The notes under the pieces are model-generated. The model had not been told where the DNA came from. It ran no database searches and saw only the letters and a list, made by a program, of their open reading frames with translations. Below, in pieces: positions 1-12,900 of a DNA stretch of 20,000 nucleotides. The position numbers and the translations under genes were made by a program. The DNA lies in the IMG/VR virus record IMGVR_UViG_2751185397_000002; one strand, written 5' to 3'. Numbering within the stretch: the first letter of the stretch is position 1; each line of letters begins with the position of its first letter. The DNA is from an uncultured virus (IMG/VR IMGVR_UViG_2751185397_000002) (lineage: Duplodnaviria > Heunggongvirae > Uroviricota > Caudoviricetes).

Positions 1-1
1 T

Positions 2-889
2 GCGATCAATCAAAGCGGATTAAATCTGGTTGCTCCGCGAGAGCAAAATGCACTCAAGCAGCTACAAAATGAAGGCGCCGGATTGGATGCGGCAGCAGCA
101 CGTCAGACGGACGAACTTGCAACGCAGGCAAACACTGCGCTGATTAATAAAGTGCTTTCTGATCACGCTGTCGAGGATGTCCCGAATGTAGTGGCCGAGC
201 ATCGGAACAAACGCCTATTCAGCAATGTGGATGCGCAGATGGCAGGTATCGCCAAGTTATCCGACCTGCTGAGGATGGGAGATAAGGGCAAGGTCATCAA
301 ATTCATGAACGACATGCGCAAGGCCAACCCTGAAATTGGACTAGATGGCGATGTGCATAACGTTACCGTGACCGACGATCCGCAATCAGGCGATTATTTG
401 TTTTCAGCGCTGGATAAGCAAGGCAACCCATTATTGCAGATGACTGCATCGCAAATGCAATCCATTAATGACATGGTGCGTCCACGAACCAAGGATGATT
501 TCAAGGTTATGAAACCGGGTCAAACTCTGGTCAAGACAAGAAACGGTATTGCGTCTCCGGTTTACACCGCACCAGAATCGCAGCAACAAAAGAATGCCAA
601 GAAAACATCGCTCGAACAAAACCTGAACATGCTGACTACCAGGTTCGGCATGAATGAAAGGGATGCGCTTGCCTACCTGAACACATCCAAGACCGTGAGC
701 CGAGAGCAATTCATTTTGAAAGGCATGCAGGACTTGATTGCCATAGGAAAACAACCATCCGATGAGGATGTAGCAAACTTTGGCAGATTGTACGATAGCA
801 CCCGCTCGCAGCCAGCAGAAGCATCGAATTCACCAGAAACCACTAAGCTTGATCCCAAGATAAAAAGCCTGCTCGGGCTTCCGCCATAA
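2..889 (+). CDS. 5'-truncated phage hypothetical protein, probably a virion ejection/DNA-transfer protein
   Basis: The frame of ORF 83..889 is open back to base 2 (AINQSGLNLVAPREQ...), so the true start is upstream of the window. Q/A/D-rich, helical-looking, ends 18 nt before the giant gene. Function inferred from position only. Confidence 0.6.
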   Translation, partial: AINQSGLNLVAPREQNALKQLQNEGAGLDAAAARQTDELATQANTALINKVLSDHAVEDVPNVVAEHRNKRLFSNVDAQMAGIAKLSDLLRMGDKGKVIKFMNDMRKANPEIGLDGDVHNVTVTDDPQSGDYLFSALDKQGNPLLQMTASQMQSINDMVRPRTKDDFKVMKPGQTLVKTRNGIASPVYTAPESQQQKNAKKTSLEQNLNMLTTRFGMNERDALAYLNTSKTVSREQFILKGMQDLIAIGKQPSDEDVANFGRLYDSTRSQPAEASNSPETTKLDPKIKSLLGLPP

Positions 890-907
890 TCACGAAAGAG
901 GAATGAC

Positions 908-3900
908 ATGGGATCATCGGAAATTGGATTAAGCGATTTTTTCTCTAAACAAGATGGTTCCGGAAAACAAAAACAGTCAACACCAAGCAAGGGGCTTTCG
1001 CTTCCCGATCTAAATCAGATCGTCACAAGCGAAGGCGCCGATCATCTAAAGCCAGTCATCCAGGCTATCTACAACCAAGAATCAGGCAGCGGTTCAAATG
1101 CGCGCACCAGCAGCGACGGCGCGCGCGGCGGCATGCAGATCATGCCCGGCACATTTCAGCGTTATGCCAAGCCAGGGGAATCCATCAACAACCCGGACGA
1201 CAATATGCGCGTTGGTGTGCGCATCATCAAGGATTTGGGCGACAAATTCGGAAATGACCCGGCGAAGATTGCAACCGGGTATTTCTCCGGCGAGGGCAAT
1301 GTCAATAAAGAGCGCGGACAAGCATTCAAAAAAGATCACGCCGACGGAAACGGCAAGCGCGTATCGAGCTATGTCGGCGATATTCTGGCGGCATTGGGCG
1401 GTGTATCGGATGCGCACGCTGAAAGTATGCCAGAAGCTTCCAAGCCTGATCTGGATAAGGCGCCCAAATGGACTGATATAGTCATTAACCCCGAGTTTTC
1501 TAAGCTATCGCAAGAGCAGCAATCGCTTGCAAAGAAGGCCTATTTTGATCATTACATACGGCCGCACGCTGGCGGACAGGCTGACAGCCTACTGCAACAA
1601 TTCATGGCCGCACCCAATGAGCCGCGTGACCGCACGATGGGCGAAGTTGCGTCCGATACCGGGGCGCAGTTGCTTGAGGGTATGCACAACATACTGGGCG
1701 CAGTTCCGAACCTTTTCGCTCCTGAAGGTGATATAGCCGGGTATTTCAATCAGAAATCCAAAGATGCGCAAGAGCTGCAATCCGATCCTTTGAAAGCGAG
1801 AATCGCGCGGGCCGATGCAGCCATAAAAGAAGCGGACAAAGACGGTGTGATGGCGCAGATCGCAGAAGCGGCCGGCCAGTATTTCAGTGATCCTGCGCTG
1901 GCTGCCCGTTTCATCGTTACCAACCTGCCTAGCATGATTCCCGGTATTGGCGTAGCAAAATTAACGCAGATGGCTGCTAAGGCGCGGGGAGCATCGGCGG
2001 CCACAGCTGGTGCGCTGGCAACTACGGCGGCGGGAGCTACAGGAGCGGTATTGAATGCCGGTGGTGCGCGCGGTGAAGCATTCAACGACATCAAAGAAAC
2101 GCTGATCAAGCAGGGTATGGACCCTGATCAGGCGGAAGAAGAAGCATTGAAGGATTCCAGGGTATCGGCTGCCGTCGGCGGTTTGGCTGGATTCGTCAGC
2201 GGCAAAACAGGTTTGGAAAATAGCCTGTTTGGCCAAGGAACATCGAAGAGCGCAGTCAAGGCATTTGCCAAGGGCGCGGCGGCGGAACTCGGCGGCGAGC
2301 AGTTGGAAGAAGTTGCGCCGAAGGTTGCCACCAACTACATGGCTGGACAGTACGATAACCGGAGGTTAGGCCAGGATGTCGGCAGAACCATCATTGAAAC
2401 CGGCATTGCTTCCAGCCCAGGCGCGACATTTTCAGGTGGTGTGTCGGCGGCCAATACCTTTAGGCAGCCAGAGCAGCCAGAGCAGCCAGAGCAGCAGCAG
2501 GTTGATCCGCAGGACGAGACTCAGCAAGCACAGCCGGAGGTGCAACCTGGAGCAACACAGGAACCAAGCCAGCCACAAGCCGATGCGAGCGAGCATCCTA
2601 CCGTGCAGACAGCCAATTCCATCGTGCGCGATCTGGCGCAACAAGCCGGGATACCGGAAGAAGTAGTGTTGCCTAAATCGCCGCTTTCACCGGAAAACTT
2701 GTCACAAAAACTGAATCAGAATACCGGTTTTGATAAGGATGTTTTGAATTTTGCGGAAGGACGCTTAAATCAATTATTGGAAAAGCGTGACGGCCATATC
2801 CAGACGGGCATCGGCGATAACGGTCTGTCCGATCAAATGATAGAAGGACAAGGCTTATCGCCGCAGGAACAGCAAGAATTGGATGCGCTGCAATCAATGC
2901 GCGGCAATGTGTCAGGCATTAAAGACTTGTACGGCTTGAACCCGCAACAAACGCCGGAAGAAAAGCAGCCGGAATCGGTCAAGAAATTGAATCCGGTAGA
3001 GTCTGCGCCAGTTGCAGATCGCAGCGAGGATGACTTGCGCCAGCAAATGCGCAATGCCAACGATGGCAGAGTAAGAAACGCTATCGCTGAAGAATTGCGC
3101 AACCGTGACCGGGAAAAATCGGATCGTGAGGCAGCCGATAACTTGGTGACAGTTTCAGAGAAGCGGGCGAAAAAAACCGGCGAAACCGGCGATTCCAGAG
3201 TAAATGACCAAATCGAAAAGGCTCAAGAAACGATTCAGCACGTTGAAGCTGCGCACCATGATGTAGCCAATAAAGTAAATGCTGCAGCGCACGAGGCAGC
3301 AACGTCGCCGGAGAACGATAGGCCGGAGCCGACAGAAGCACAAAAACAGGCTGGTAACTATAAAAAAGGACACCTTAATTTTGATGGCCTGGATATAAGC
3401 GTCGAAAATCCTGCCGGTTCAAAACGATCCGGTACCGATCCAAACGGCAAACCGTGGTCTGTCGATATGACGGCTCATTACGGTTACTTGAAGCGCAGTG
3501 AAGGAGCCGACGGCGATCAGGTGGACGTGTATGTACCTGAAAATCCGGTTCCTGGTTCACCAGTCTATGTGTTTGACCAATTCAACCATGACGGCAAGTT
3601 TGATGAGCACAAGGCCGTTGTTGGTGTATCAACGCAAGAAGAAGCGCAAAAAGTTTATGACGCGCATTTTTCTGATGGTAGCGGACCGCAACGCCGTCGC
3701 GGTGTCACTGCAATGTCGGCAAGTGATTTCAAACAGTGGGCGCAAAACGGGAACACCCAAAAGCCACTATCAAAGCCAAAGACTGAACGCGAAGCCAAGG
3801 AACGCAAGAAGCCAATCAAGGACACTATAAACACAGAGCAATCAACCAGCAAAGTTGTTGCCGATACCGGCACGAAGAAGGCCACCAAGAAAGAAGAACA

Positions 3901-6900
3901 CAAGCCAAAAACCGAGAAAGAATCCAAAGCGCGCCGCGCAAAACAAAAGGAGATAAGCAATGCAACTCAAGCCAATGAAACCAAGCAAACTGAAACGCCG
4001 GGAACAGCAGAGACAGCAACGCCAAAAGAGCCAGATGTAGCAATCGAGCAACAAGACACTGCGCAATTCGCCAAAAACAAGATTTTCACAGCGGCCAAGG
4101 TAGCGGCTGCGCGCGCACGCCTCAAATCAAAACTAAATACGCTCAATTCTGGCGTTGACCCTGAGTTATTGCAGGACGGCATAACGCTGGCTGGCGCTTA
4201 TATCGAGTCTGGATTCAGGACGTTCGGGGAATATTCCGATGCCATGATTAATGACCTGGGTGAAAAGGTGCGCCCGTACCTGCGCAGTTTTTACGAAGCT
4301 GCGCGGCATTATCCGGGGCTTGATACTACCGGCATGACGACGGCGGCAGAGCTAGACCTTATGGAAAAAGAGGGAACCGCAAGCCACGTCAAGCAAGCAG
4401 AAGGTAATGAAATCGCCATTGGAACGATTGAAAAGCCTAAGAAACGTACCAAAGAGCGCAAGAAAACAGACTTGGTTCTTAAAAATGATTACGGTGTTTC
4501 CAGCATAGACGGTTATGACAACGAAACCGGCGAGGGTGCTAGCGGTGTTGTCAAAAGACAATTTTTGAGCGACACAAAGAAATACCTTGAAGGCGTTCAG
4601 AAGTCTCTAGCGGCGGCGGGGTTTGTGCCTCACGCGAGAAATGGGAAAGCGCTTAAACCGGTTTCGGTGAACGAGGGCGGCATTGCTGTTTCAGGTGACG
4701 TGACATTATCCATGTTCAACCCTGAAAAGCAGCGCGGCATATACATTCATATCGGCGGAACATCTTTACGCGGCACTGTTCCAACTACTAAATCTGGCGT
4801 GTCGGTAATGATGCGCGTTACCAAAGAGAATGATCCTTCCGGCGGAGATAATAACCGCTGGATGCCGGTCAACATGACAGATCAAGAACTGGCAAATGCA
4901 GCCAGCATAGAAGTTGAGAAGGTTGCCGACAGAGTAAATCCTGTTGCAAAAACACCCGATCAGTTACAAGATACTACCAAACCACAGGAGGTAGTGAATG
5001 CAAACCCTATATCAACCGAAAGCGTATCCGCCGGAAATAATGCAGGCGATACAGAAAATGCCGCCACTGGCAACGGACATAGCAAACCGCTGGATAATGG
5101 GGTGGCCGAAAACGGTGAAAGCACTGATAGCGACCGGGGAGTATCTGGAAGCGCTGACAGTGCAGGAAGAAAACGAGCGAAAAGCACTCAGCGATCCGAG
5201 CCTGAATCACCTGTCGAGCTGGGAGAAAGCCGAAGTGATGGGGCTGACGCAAGCGCCGCCGACACCGAGCGAGGAGCCGGACGAGGAAGCGTAGAGCAAG
5301 ATCATTCGATTGACGCTGAAGAAATTGGAAAGGGCGGTCTTGCCAAGAAATACCGCGATAATGTCGATGCGATAAAGCTTCTCAAGAATCTGGAAACCGA
5401 GGGCAGGAAAGCCACTCCGCAAGAGCGTAAAACGCTCGCCAAGTACGTCGGATGGGGAGCCATGAAAGGCCCGTTTGATCCGGAAAACAAGGCATGGGAA
5501 AAACAACATGCCGAACTGAAAGAACTGCTCACCGATTCAGAATACAAAGCCGCTCGCGCATCCACCAGAAACGCGCATTACACCAGCCCGGTAGCGGTCG
5601 GCGCCATGTACTCGGCGCTGCAACGCCTGGGGTTCAATGGCGGCCGATTGCTGGAACCATCATTAGGTGTTGGTAATTTCTTTGGTTTGATGCCGAAGGA
5701 TTTGCGTAACTCATCGCAGTTGCACGGTGTAGAGTTGGACTCATTAACCAGCCGGTTAGCCGCGGCGCTGTATCCAAAAGCCAAGATTGCGCAAAGCACT
5801 GGATTTGAGGATTTCGATATTCCGTCAGAATATTTCGACGTGGTAATAGGCAATCCGCCATTCGGTAACGAGCCGCTCGTAGACAAGGAACGCAGCGCAT
5901 ATTCTGGTTTCAGTATTCACAATTACTTCCTGGCCAAATCCATTGATAAGCTGCGCCCAGGCGGCATTATGGCCGTCGTCGTGTCGCACAATTTCATGGA
6001 TGCGCAAGATGGCCGCGTGCGTAAATGGATTGGTGAGCGCGCCAGCCTGATCGGTGGCGTGCGCTTGCCTAACACCGCATTCAAGGAAAATGCAGGTACT
6101 GAGGTCGTTACGGATATTCTAGTTTTCCAGAAGAACGATCCGAACGGCTTGAATAAAAATGCTGCGCCTTGGCAGGACGTTGCCGACCAGACGAATATCA
6201 ACAGCAAGACCGATGAACCGGTAACGCACAAAGTAAATCAATTCTTCGTGTCTCAACCGCAATACGTTCTTGGCAAGCCATCGGCAGCCGGAAAAATGTA
6301 CTCGGCCAATGAGTACACAGTGGAATCCACTGGTGACATCGGTAAGCAATTGTCCGAATGGGTCGACTCGCTGCCAAAAGACATATTTACCAGCATCGCC
6401 AGAACCAATGATTCAAAATCAACCGATATGGCCGTTCCTGACGGTATCAAGGTTGGTTCGTTCTATGTGGATGCAAGCGGCAAAGTAATGCGCCGCGGTG
6501 CCGATGTCATGGGCGAAAAAACCGCCGAAGCATGGCAGCCAAAATCCGAAGCGCAATTAGGCCGCATGAAAGGCATGATCGCCATCCGCGACACGCTACG
6601 CACGCAAATGCGCATGGAGCGTTCGCCCGATGCCACCCATCAGGAAATAGAAGACAATCGCGCCGAACTCAATCGAGTCTATGACGATTTCATCAAGAAA
6701 TATAAATTCATCAACACCGTAACCAATCGCGGCATATTCCTGGACGATACCGAAGCGCACTTGATTCAGGGATTGGAATTCGATTATGACCGTGGAATAA
6801 GCAAAGCCGTAGCCGAAAAGGAAGGGATAGAGCCGAAAGCACCCAGCGCGAATAAAGCGGACATATTTAAGCGCAGAGTCGCATTTCCGCCGCAGGATTT

Positions 6901-9900
6901 CTTGAAGGTATCGACCGCAAAGGATGCCTTGCTTGCATCGCTGAATTATCGCGGCGGCATTGATTTGCCGTACATGTCCGAGGTATACGGAAAATCGCCA
7001 GAGGATATTATTCAGGAGTTGGGTGATGTGGTATTCGATGATCCGCAATCAGGGATTGTTGCTGCTGACGAATATCTGTCCGGCGACGTTAAGACAAAAT
7101 TGCAGGAAGCCAAAGACGCTGCGCAGGCCGACAAGAAATACACTCGCAACGTCGAAGCGCTGGAAAAGGTAATTCCAAAAGACAAAACACCGAGCGAAAT
7201 CAGCGTAAGTATCGGCGCATCTTTCGTGCCGGCCGATGTGTATCAGCAATTCATCAAGCATATATCCGGTGTGGATGCTGATGTGTCCTACATCAAAGCA
7301 ACCGGGCAATGGGTGACGGCGCTCAATAACCAGGGCGATACCACATTGAATACGGCCAAGTTCGGCACTTCTGATTTGCCCGCAATATCCTTATTTCAGT
7401 TGACGATGCTAGGGCGTGGCGCGGTAGTCAAAAAAACCGTGCGCAATCCTGACGGATCAACAACGACCTATGTACTGGAACAAGAAACCGAAGCCGCGCG
7501 GGAAAAGCAAAACACAATCAAGGCGGAATGGCAGAAGTGGTTGTGGCAGGATGCGGAGCGTGCCGACAAGATCGCTTCCATCTATAACGACAAGATGAAT
7601 CGCATCGTGCTGCGCAAATATGACGGCTCGCACATGAGCTTCCCCGGCATGAATCCGTCCATCGAGTTGCTTGGCAATCAGAAAAACGGTGTGTGGCGAG
7701 GTTTGCAGTCTTACCGGGTGCTCTTTGATCATGTGGTTGGAGCTGGCAAAACATTTGCCATGACCGCACTCGCAATGGAAATGCGCAGGCTTGGCATTGC
7801 GCGCAAGCCGTTTTTTGCAGTTCCGAACCATCTTACCTTGCAGTGGATGAACGAATTCACGCGCCTGTATCCAGGATCGAATGTACTTGCGGCCACACCG
7901 GAGGATTTCAGCAAGGATAATCGTGAGCGCATGTTTGCCAAGATCATTACCGGCGATTGGGATGCGGTCATTGTCGGACATTCTTCCCTGAAGAAAATCG
8001 GCTTGCCACCGGAAACCGAGTCGGAGGTATTGCAAGAACAGATTGACGAACTGGCGGCATCCATCGAGGAAATGAAACGTGCGCGCGGCGATAGAAGGAT
8101 TGTCGCGGACATGGAGCGCATCCGGAAGAATCTGGAAGCCAAGATGAAGGATAAGCTGGCCGCGATTGGCGAGCGCAGCAAGGTGGTGACGTTTGATGAG
8201 TTGGGCATCGATGCCATGATGATCGATGAAATGCACGAGTTCAAGAACTTGGCTTATCACACAACCATGGACCGCAATCCCGGTATGGGCAACCCTGCCG
8301 GGTCATCGAAAGCTTTTGATCTGTTCGTCAAAACACAATGGCTGTTTAATACCTTCGGAGAAAAGGCGCCCTATGTGACTGCGACCGGAACACCGGTATC
8401 GAATTCCCTGGTTGAGATGTTCAACATGCAGCGCTACATGCAATATCCAACATTAAAGCGCGAAGGTTTGAACGTGTTTGATGCCTGGGCGAAGCAGTTT
8501 GGCAGCGTGGAAAACGTCTACGAAGTAGCGCCATCCGGATCCGGCTACCGGCAATCGACACGGTTTGCCAAATTCACCAATTTACCGGCATTGATGTCGC
8601 TCTATAACACATTCGCTGACACCATCACGCTGGACGATCTGAAGGTGCAGGAGGAAGCGCAAGGGAAACGATTTCCGGTACCGAAGATTTCTGGAGGGCG
8701 TCCGACGCTGATCGTAGCCAAACGCTCCCCGGCGGTAGCCGCATTGATGGGCGTGCCAAGAGCGCAGGTAGATGACAACGGGAATATCGAGTTTTCCGCC
8801 GATCTGAATAAGGAAATCAAAATCCAGCATGATGAGAAGTCGGATAAATACGATGCTTATGTTGGTGATAATCATGTCGGCAAATTCGATACCGAGCAAG
8901 ATGCACGGTTAAAAATCGCTGAATTGGCGCTATCCCCGGTCGTGTCTGTTAATCCGGATTCCATCGTTGGGCGTTTTGCCAATCTGCGCCAGTTGACCAG
9001 GGATACAAAAGGCAAGGTTAACGCACTATCCTTGACCGGTGAAGCTAATAAAGCCGGGCTTGATTACCGGCTGATTAATCCGTCAGCGCCAGATTTTAAG
9101 GGATCGAAAATCAATCTGGCCGTTGATAACATGATGCGGATATACAAGCAGTGGCAATCCGATCGTGGCACGCAGCTGGTGTTTTGCGATCTGTCCGTTC
9201 CGCTATCGGCACGCTCCAGTTTCTCGAACAAACCGCGCAGGCTGTATGTCCGCAATGAATCCGGTGCACTGGATATGAAGCGCGGCACCATGCACACGAT
9301 GCCGGGACACGAAGATTTGCCTTATTTCATCGTTCAGCGCGGTAGCGGCAAGGATTCAAAACGCTTTGATGTATACGATGCGGCCAGTGGTGCGGCCATA
9401 CTGACCGACAGCCGCAGCAAACAGGATGCAATGGATGCAGCCAACGGCATGCTGTCCAACGATGATAAGCGAAACGATTGGATTACCAAGCGTGAATCTA
9501 CCGGTGAGATAGAGCAGGAAGCGATAGACGATTTCAACAATGAAAATGAAGTTGAAACTGAAAACCTGGAATTATTCACCCGAGAAGATATTGCCGGAAT
9601 GTCCGGAGCTACGAAGTTTTCTGTATACGATGACATCAAGAAAAAACTGATTGCCAAGGGCGTGCCGGAGCGTGAAATTGCGTTCATACATGACTACTCG
9701 ACACCGGTAGCCAAGAACAAATTGTTCAAAGCCGTCAATGAGGGCGAGATCAGGTTTCTGTTGGGTTCGACACCCAAAATGGGTGCGGGCACGAATGTGC
9801 AAAAAAGGCTTGTGGGTTTGCATCACATCGATGCGCCGTGGCGGCCGTCCGATCTAGAGCAGCGCGAAGGGAGAATTATCCGCCGCGGCAACGAGCTCTA

Positions 9901-12900
9901 TGAGCGCGATCCAGATGGATTTGAGGTTTTCATCGGGCGATATGCTACGGAACAAACCTACGACACCCGGCGCTGGCAGATTCTTGAGCACAAAGCGCGC
10001 GGCATTGAGCAGCTGCGCAATTACGACGGCACGATCAATGAAATCGAGGACATTGACGGCGAAGCGGCAAACGCTGCCGACATGAAGGCGGCTGCTTCCG
10101 GCGATCCGTTGATCCTGGAAGAAACCCGGCTGCGCAACGAAGTCCGCAGACTGGAGAAGCTGCAAGCCTCGCATGCCGATGAGGTTCTGGCGATGACCAG
10201 AAAAGCGCGCGATGCCGAGTATTATGCGAAAAAGACTGCGCCAAGCATTATTTCCGAAGCGCAAGGATTGCTGGATGAAGCCAAGAAACACAAACTCGAT
10301 AGCGAAGGATTCTCGCCGATAGCCGTTCAGGGCAGAAAACCAAAAGCAGACAAGGAATCTGCATACAAAGAGCTGGCGAGCGCATTCAATAGCGTGCGTG
10401 AGCACATCATCGATACGGCTGATGTTCAATATCGCGGTATCGATTTCAGGCTGGAGCACTTAGCCAGTTCTGTGATTCTGCGCACACCTACCGGCAGTTC
10501 TGGCGTATGGATGATGTCGGATGCATTCTCTCCGTCCGGCATGGTGCAGCGCATGAAAAATTATATCGATCGGCTGCCTGACACCATTCAGGACGCCAAA
10601 GCGCACGCTGATAAATCGATAAAGGATGCGGCCGCGCTGCGAGAACAAGCCAAGCAACCATTCCAACAAGCCGGTGATCTTGAGAAAACCAGGGAAGAGC
10701 ATAAGCGCGTACAGCGCGCATTGATGGCCAAGGGTCCGCAAGTACCCGATGAACAGAAAGCTTTGCTTGTTGCTGGAATAGAAAAACAGAAATCCAGATT
10801 GCGGACGTTAGGCTATGGCGATGCGTTGGATGAGCTTCTCAGCAATGCCGATCAGGCTTCACTTCTTCTTGGAAATCCTGCAAATGTTGGGGGGGTCGAG
10901 ATCGATGTCGCCCGGTCTACAGTTGATCGGATTGTCGCTGCTAACCAGAAAGTCTGGAATATCGATATATCCACGGTTGCGACGTTTGATGATCTGCCGG
11001 ACAACGTAAAAAACAACATAGCAAAAAACTATGGTGAGGATGCCGCCAAGAATGCAAAGGGTCTGGTTCATAACGGCAAAGTGTATGTTATCGCCAATAA
11101 TAATGAAAGTGAAGCCGACATAGAGCAAACCCTTCTGCATGAGATCGAGGGGCACATGGGTGTCCGTAGGCTGTACGGAAGCGAGATCACAAAAAAGTTG
11201 AATGATCTGTATATCGCCATCGGCGGCAGAAAAGGATTGATAAAACTGGCAAACGACCGTGGTATTACGGGTAGTCTGGTTGATTATGCCGACATGCTCA
11301 AGAATACCGAGCTGCCGAACGAAACCAGAATCAAGATCATGATGGATGAAGCGCTCGCTCATTACGCGCAAACACCGAAGTTTGGCGATAAGGTAAAGGC
11401 CATCGTTGGCATGATCCGGGCATGGTTGAGAGATCACAAATTCGCCAAGCTGGCTGAGTTTGGTGAAACCGATCTGTTGAACATATTGCGCCAGGGACGG
11501 CAGAAGTTAAAAACCGGCGATGGTGGCAATGATTCAGCGTTGATGATGGGAGATAGGAAGAGCGGCATTACAGAAACCATAACCATCGACGGCATTGATC
11601 GGCCAACGCGCAACAGCAACGGCAAGCCAATTTATCCAACGGTTGAAGGTATTCGTAACTTCTGGAAGTGGTTTGGTGACAGTCGAGTTGTCGATGATCA
11701 AGGTAGGCCGCTGGTTGTTTATCATGGGACTGATAAAGACTTTAATGAATTTAAAAAAGATTCATTCTTCTCAGACGATGTTAATAATGCAAAGCCTTAT
11801 GGCAACAGAGTCGTTGAGTCATATCTAAAAATAATAAATCCAGAGGTGGCGGATTACTCAGGGGCGCAAGATAACGATAAGGATTTTGATATTGAAGAAG
11901 CAAAAGATAACGGTAATGATGGTTTAATTATTTTAAATGCAGATGACGGTTACCATGTTGGTAATCAATACATTGCTTTTCACCCAAATCAAATAAAATC
12001 CGCCACCGGTAACACCGGCGCATTCAGCGAGAACGACGAAAGCATCCTCTTCAGAAAAGGCGGAAAAGAGCCTGATGATTACTCATCATCGGTTGATAGC
12101 GCGCAGGAAAAGCTATTCAACTTCTTCGGCAATAGCAAGGAAAAATCTCCAAAGAATTTCGGCTTATACCACAAAACATTGTCAACGCAGTATCACAAGG
12201 CGCTGAAAGATCAGCATTACGGGAAAGTGTTCTCGCTGGCCAATGCCATGCAGAATCATGTTTCGCTGGCATCGATCAGGCCGTCAGAATTGGCGCCCGG
12301 TGTATTGCCTCGCGTGGATGATGTCAAATCCGCAGCAAAAGGATTGTTCAAGGGCGCGCAGAACCAGAAATACATTAAGAAGGTTGCTGACGCGATGTTT
12401 GCCGGTACATTGGCGGGTAAAGGCGCAACCGACGGGCGCGTGTGGGACGATACCGAGCTTAAAAACGTGTTCGGTCTGGATAAAACCGGCATATCACTCT
12501 ATCGGCAGGCGCGCGCAGCGGTCGATGCAAGTATCGACGAGCTGGCGGCGGCGGAAGGGTACGCGATGGCGCAGCACATTGTTCCCAAAGACATGCGCCG
12601 CATGATCATCGATGAGCCCGGAATTGCCGGTACATTGCTCAAGAGCGAGGTGGAGCGGCAAGCCAACGTGCTCAATATTGCGATACAAAGCGCCAGGAAG
12701 CGCGGCGACGATGAAGGTGCTGCGCGTCTCGCGGCATTGCAGGAATCCTACGCCAGCACGCTCAAAAACCTAAACACGATATTCGATACCGCTGCCGGGC
12801 TAAAGAAAGGTGGCTATGCTCCATTGATGCGCTTTGGCAAATGGACGGTGACGGCACAGGAAATCGATCCGCAAACCGGTGCAGTGGAACGCGATGAGAA

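Noticed and set aside
2376..2666. 96-aa +1-frame ORF over the QPE linker as another nested gene
   Set aside because: No convincing SD and the product is S/R-rich low-complexity sequence, unlike the 4998 ORF.
3773..3937. Two copies of a KPKTE(R/K)E(A/S)K.R peptide
   Set aside because: Short degenerate duplication in a Lys-rich linker with no sign of separate function.
7457..8260. 267-aa antisense ORF and other long minus-strand ORFs inside the giant gene
   Set aside because: They shadow conserved sense-strand domains, have no recognisable motifs and are typical antisense open frames caused by codon bias.
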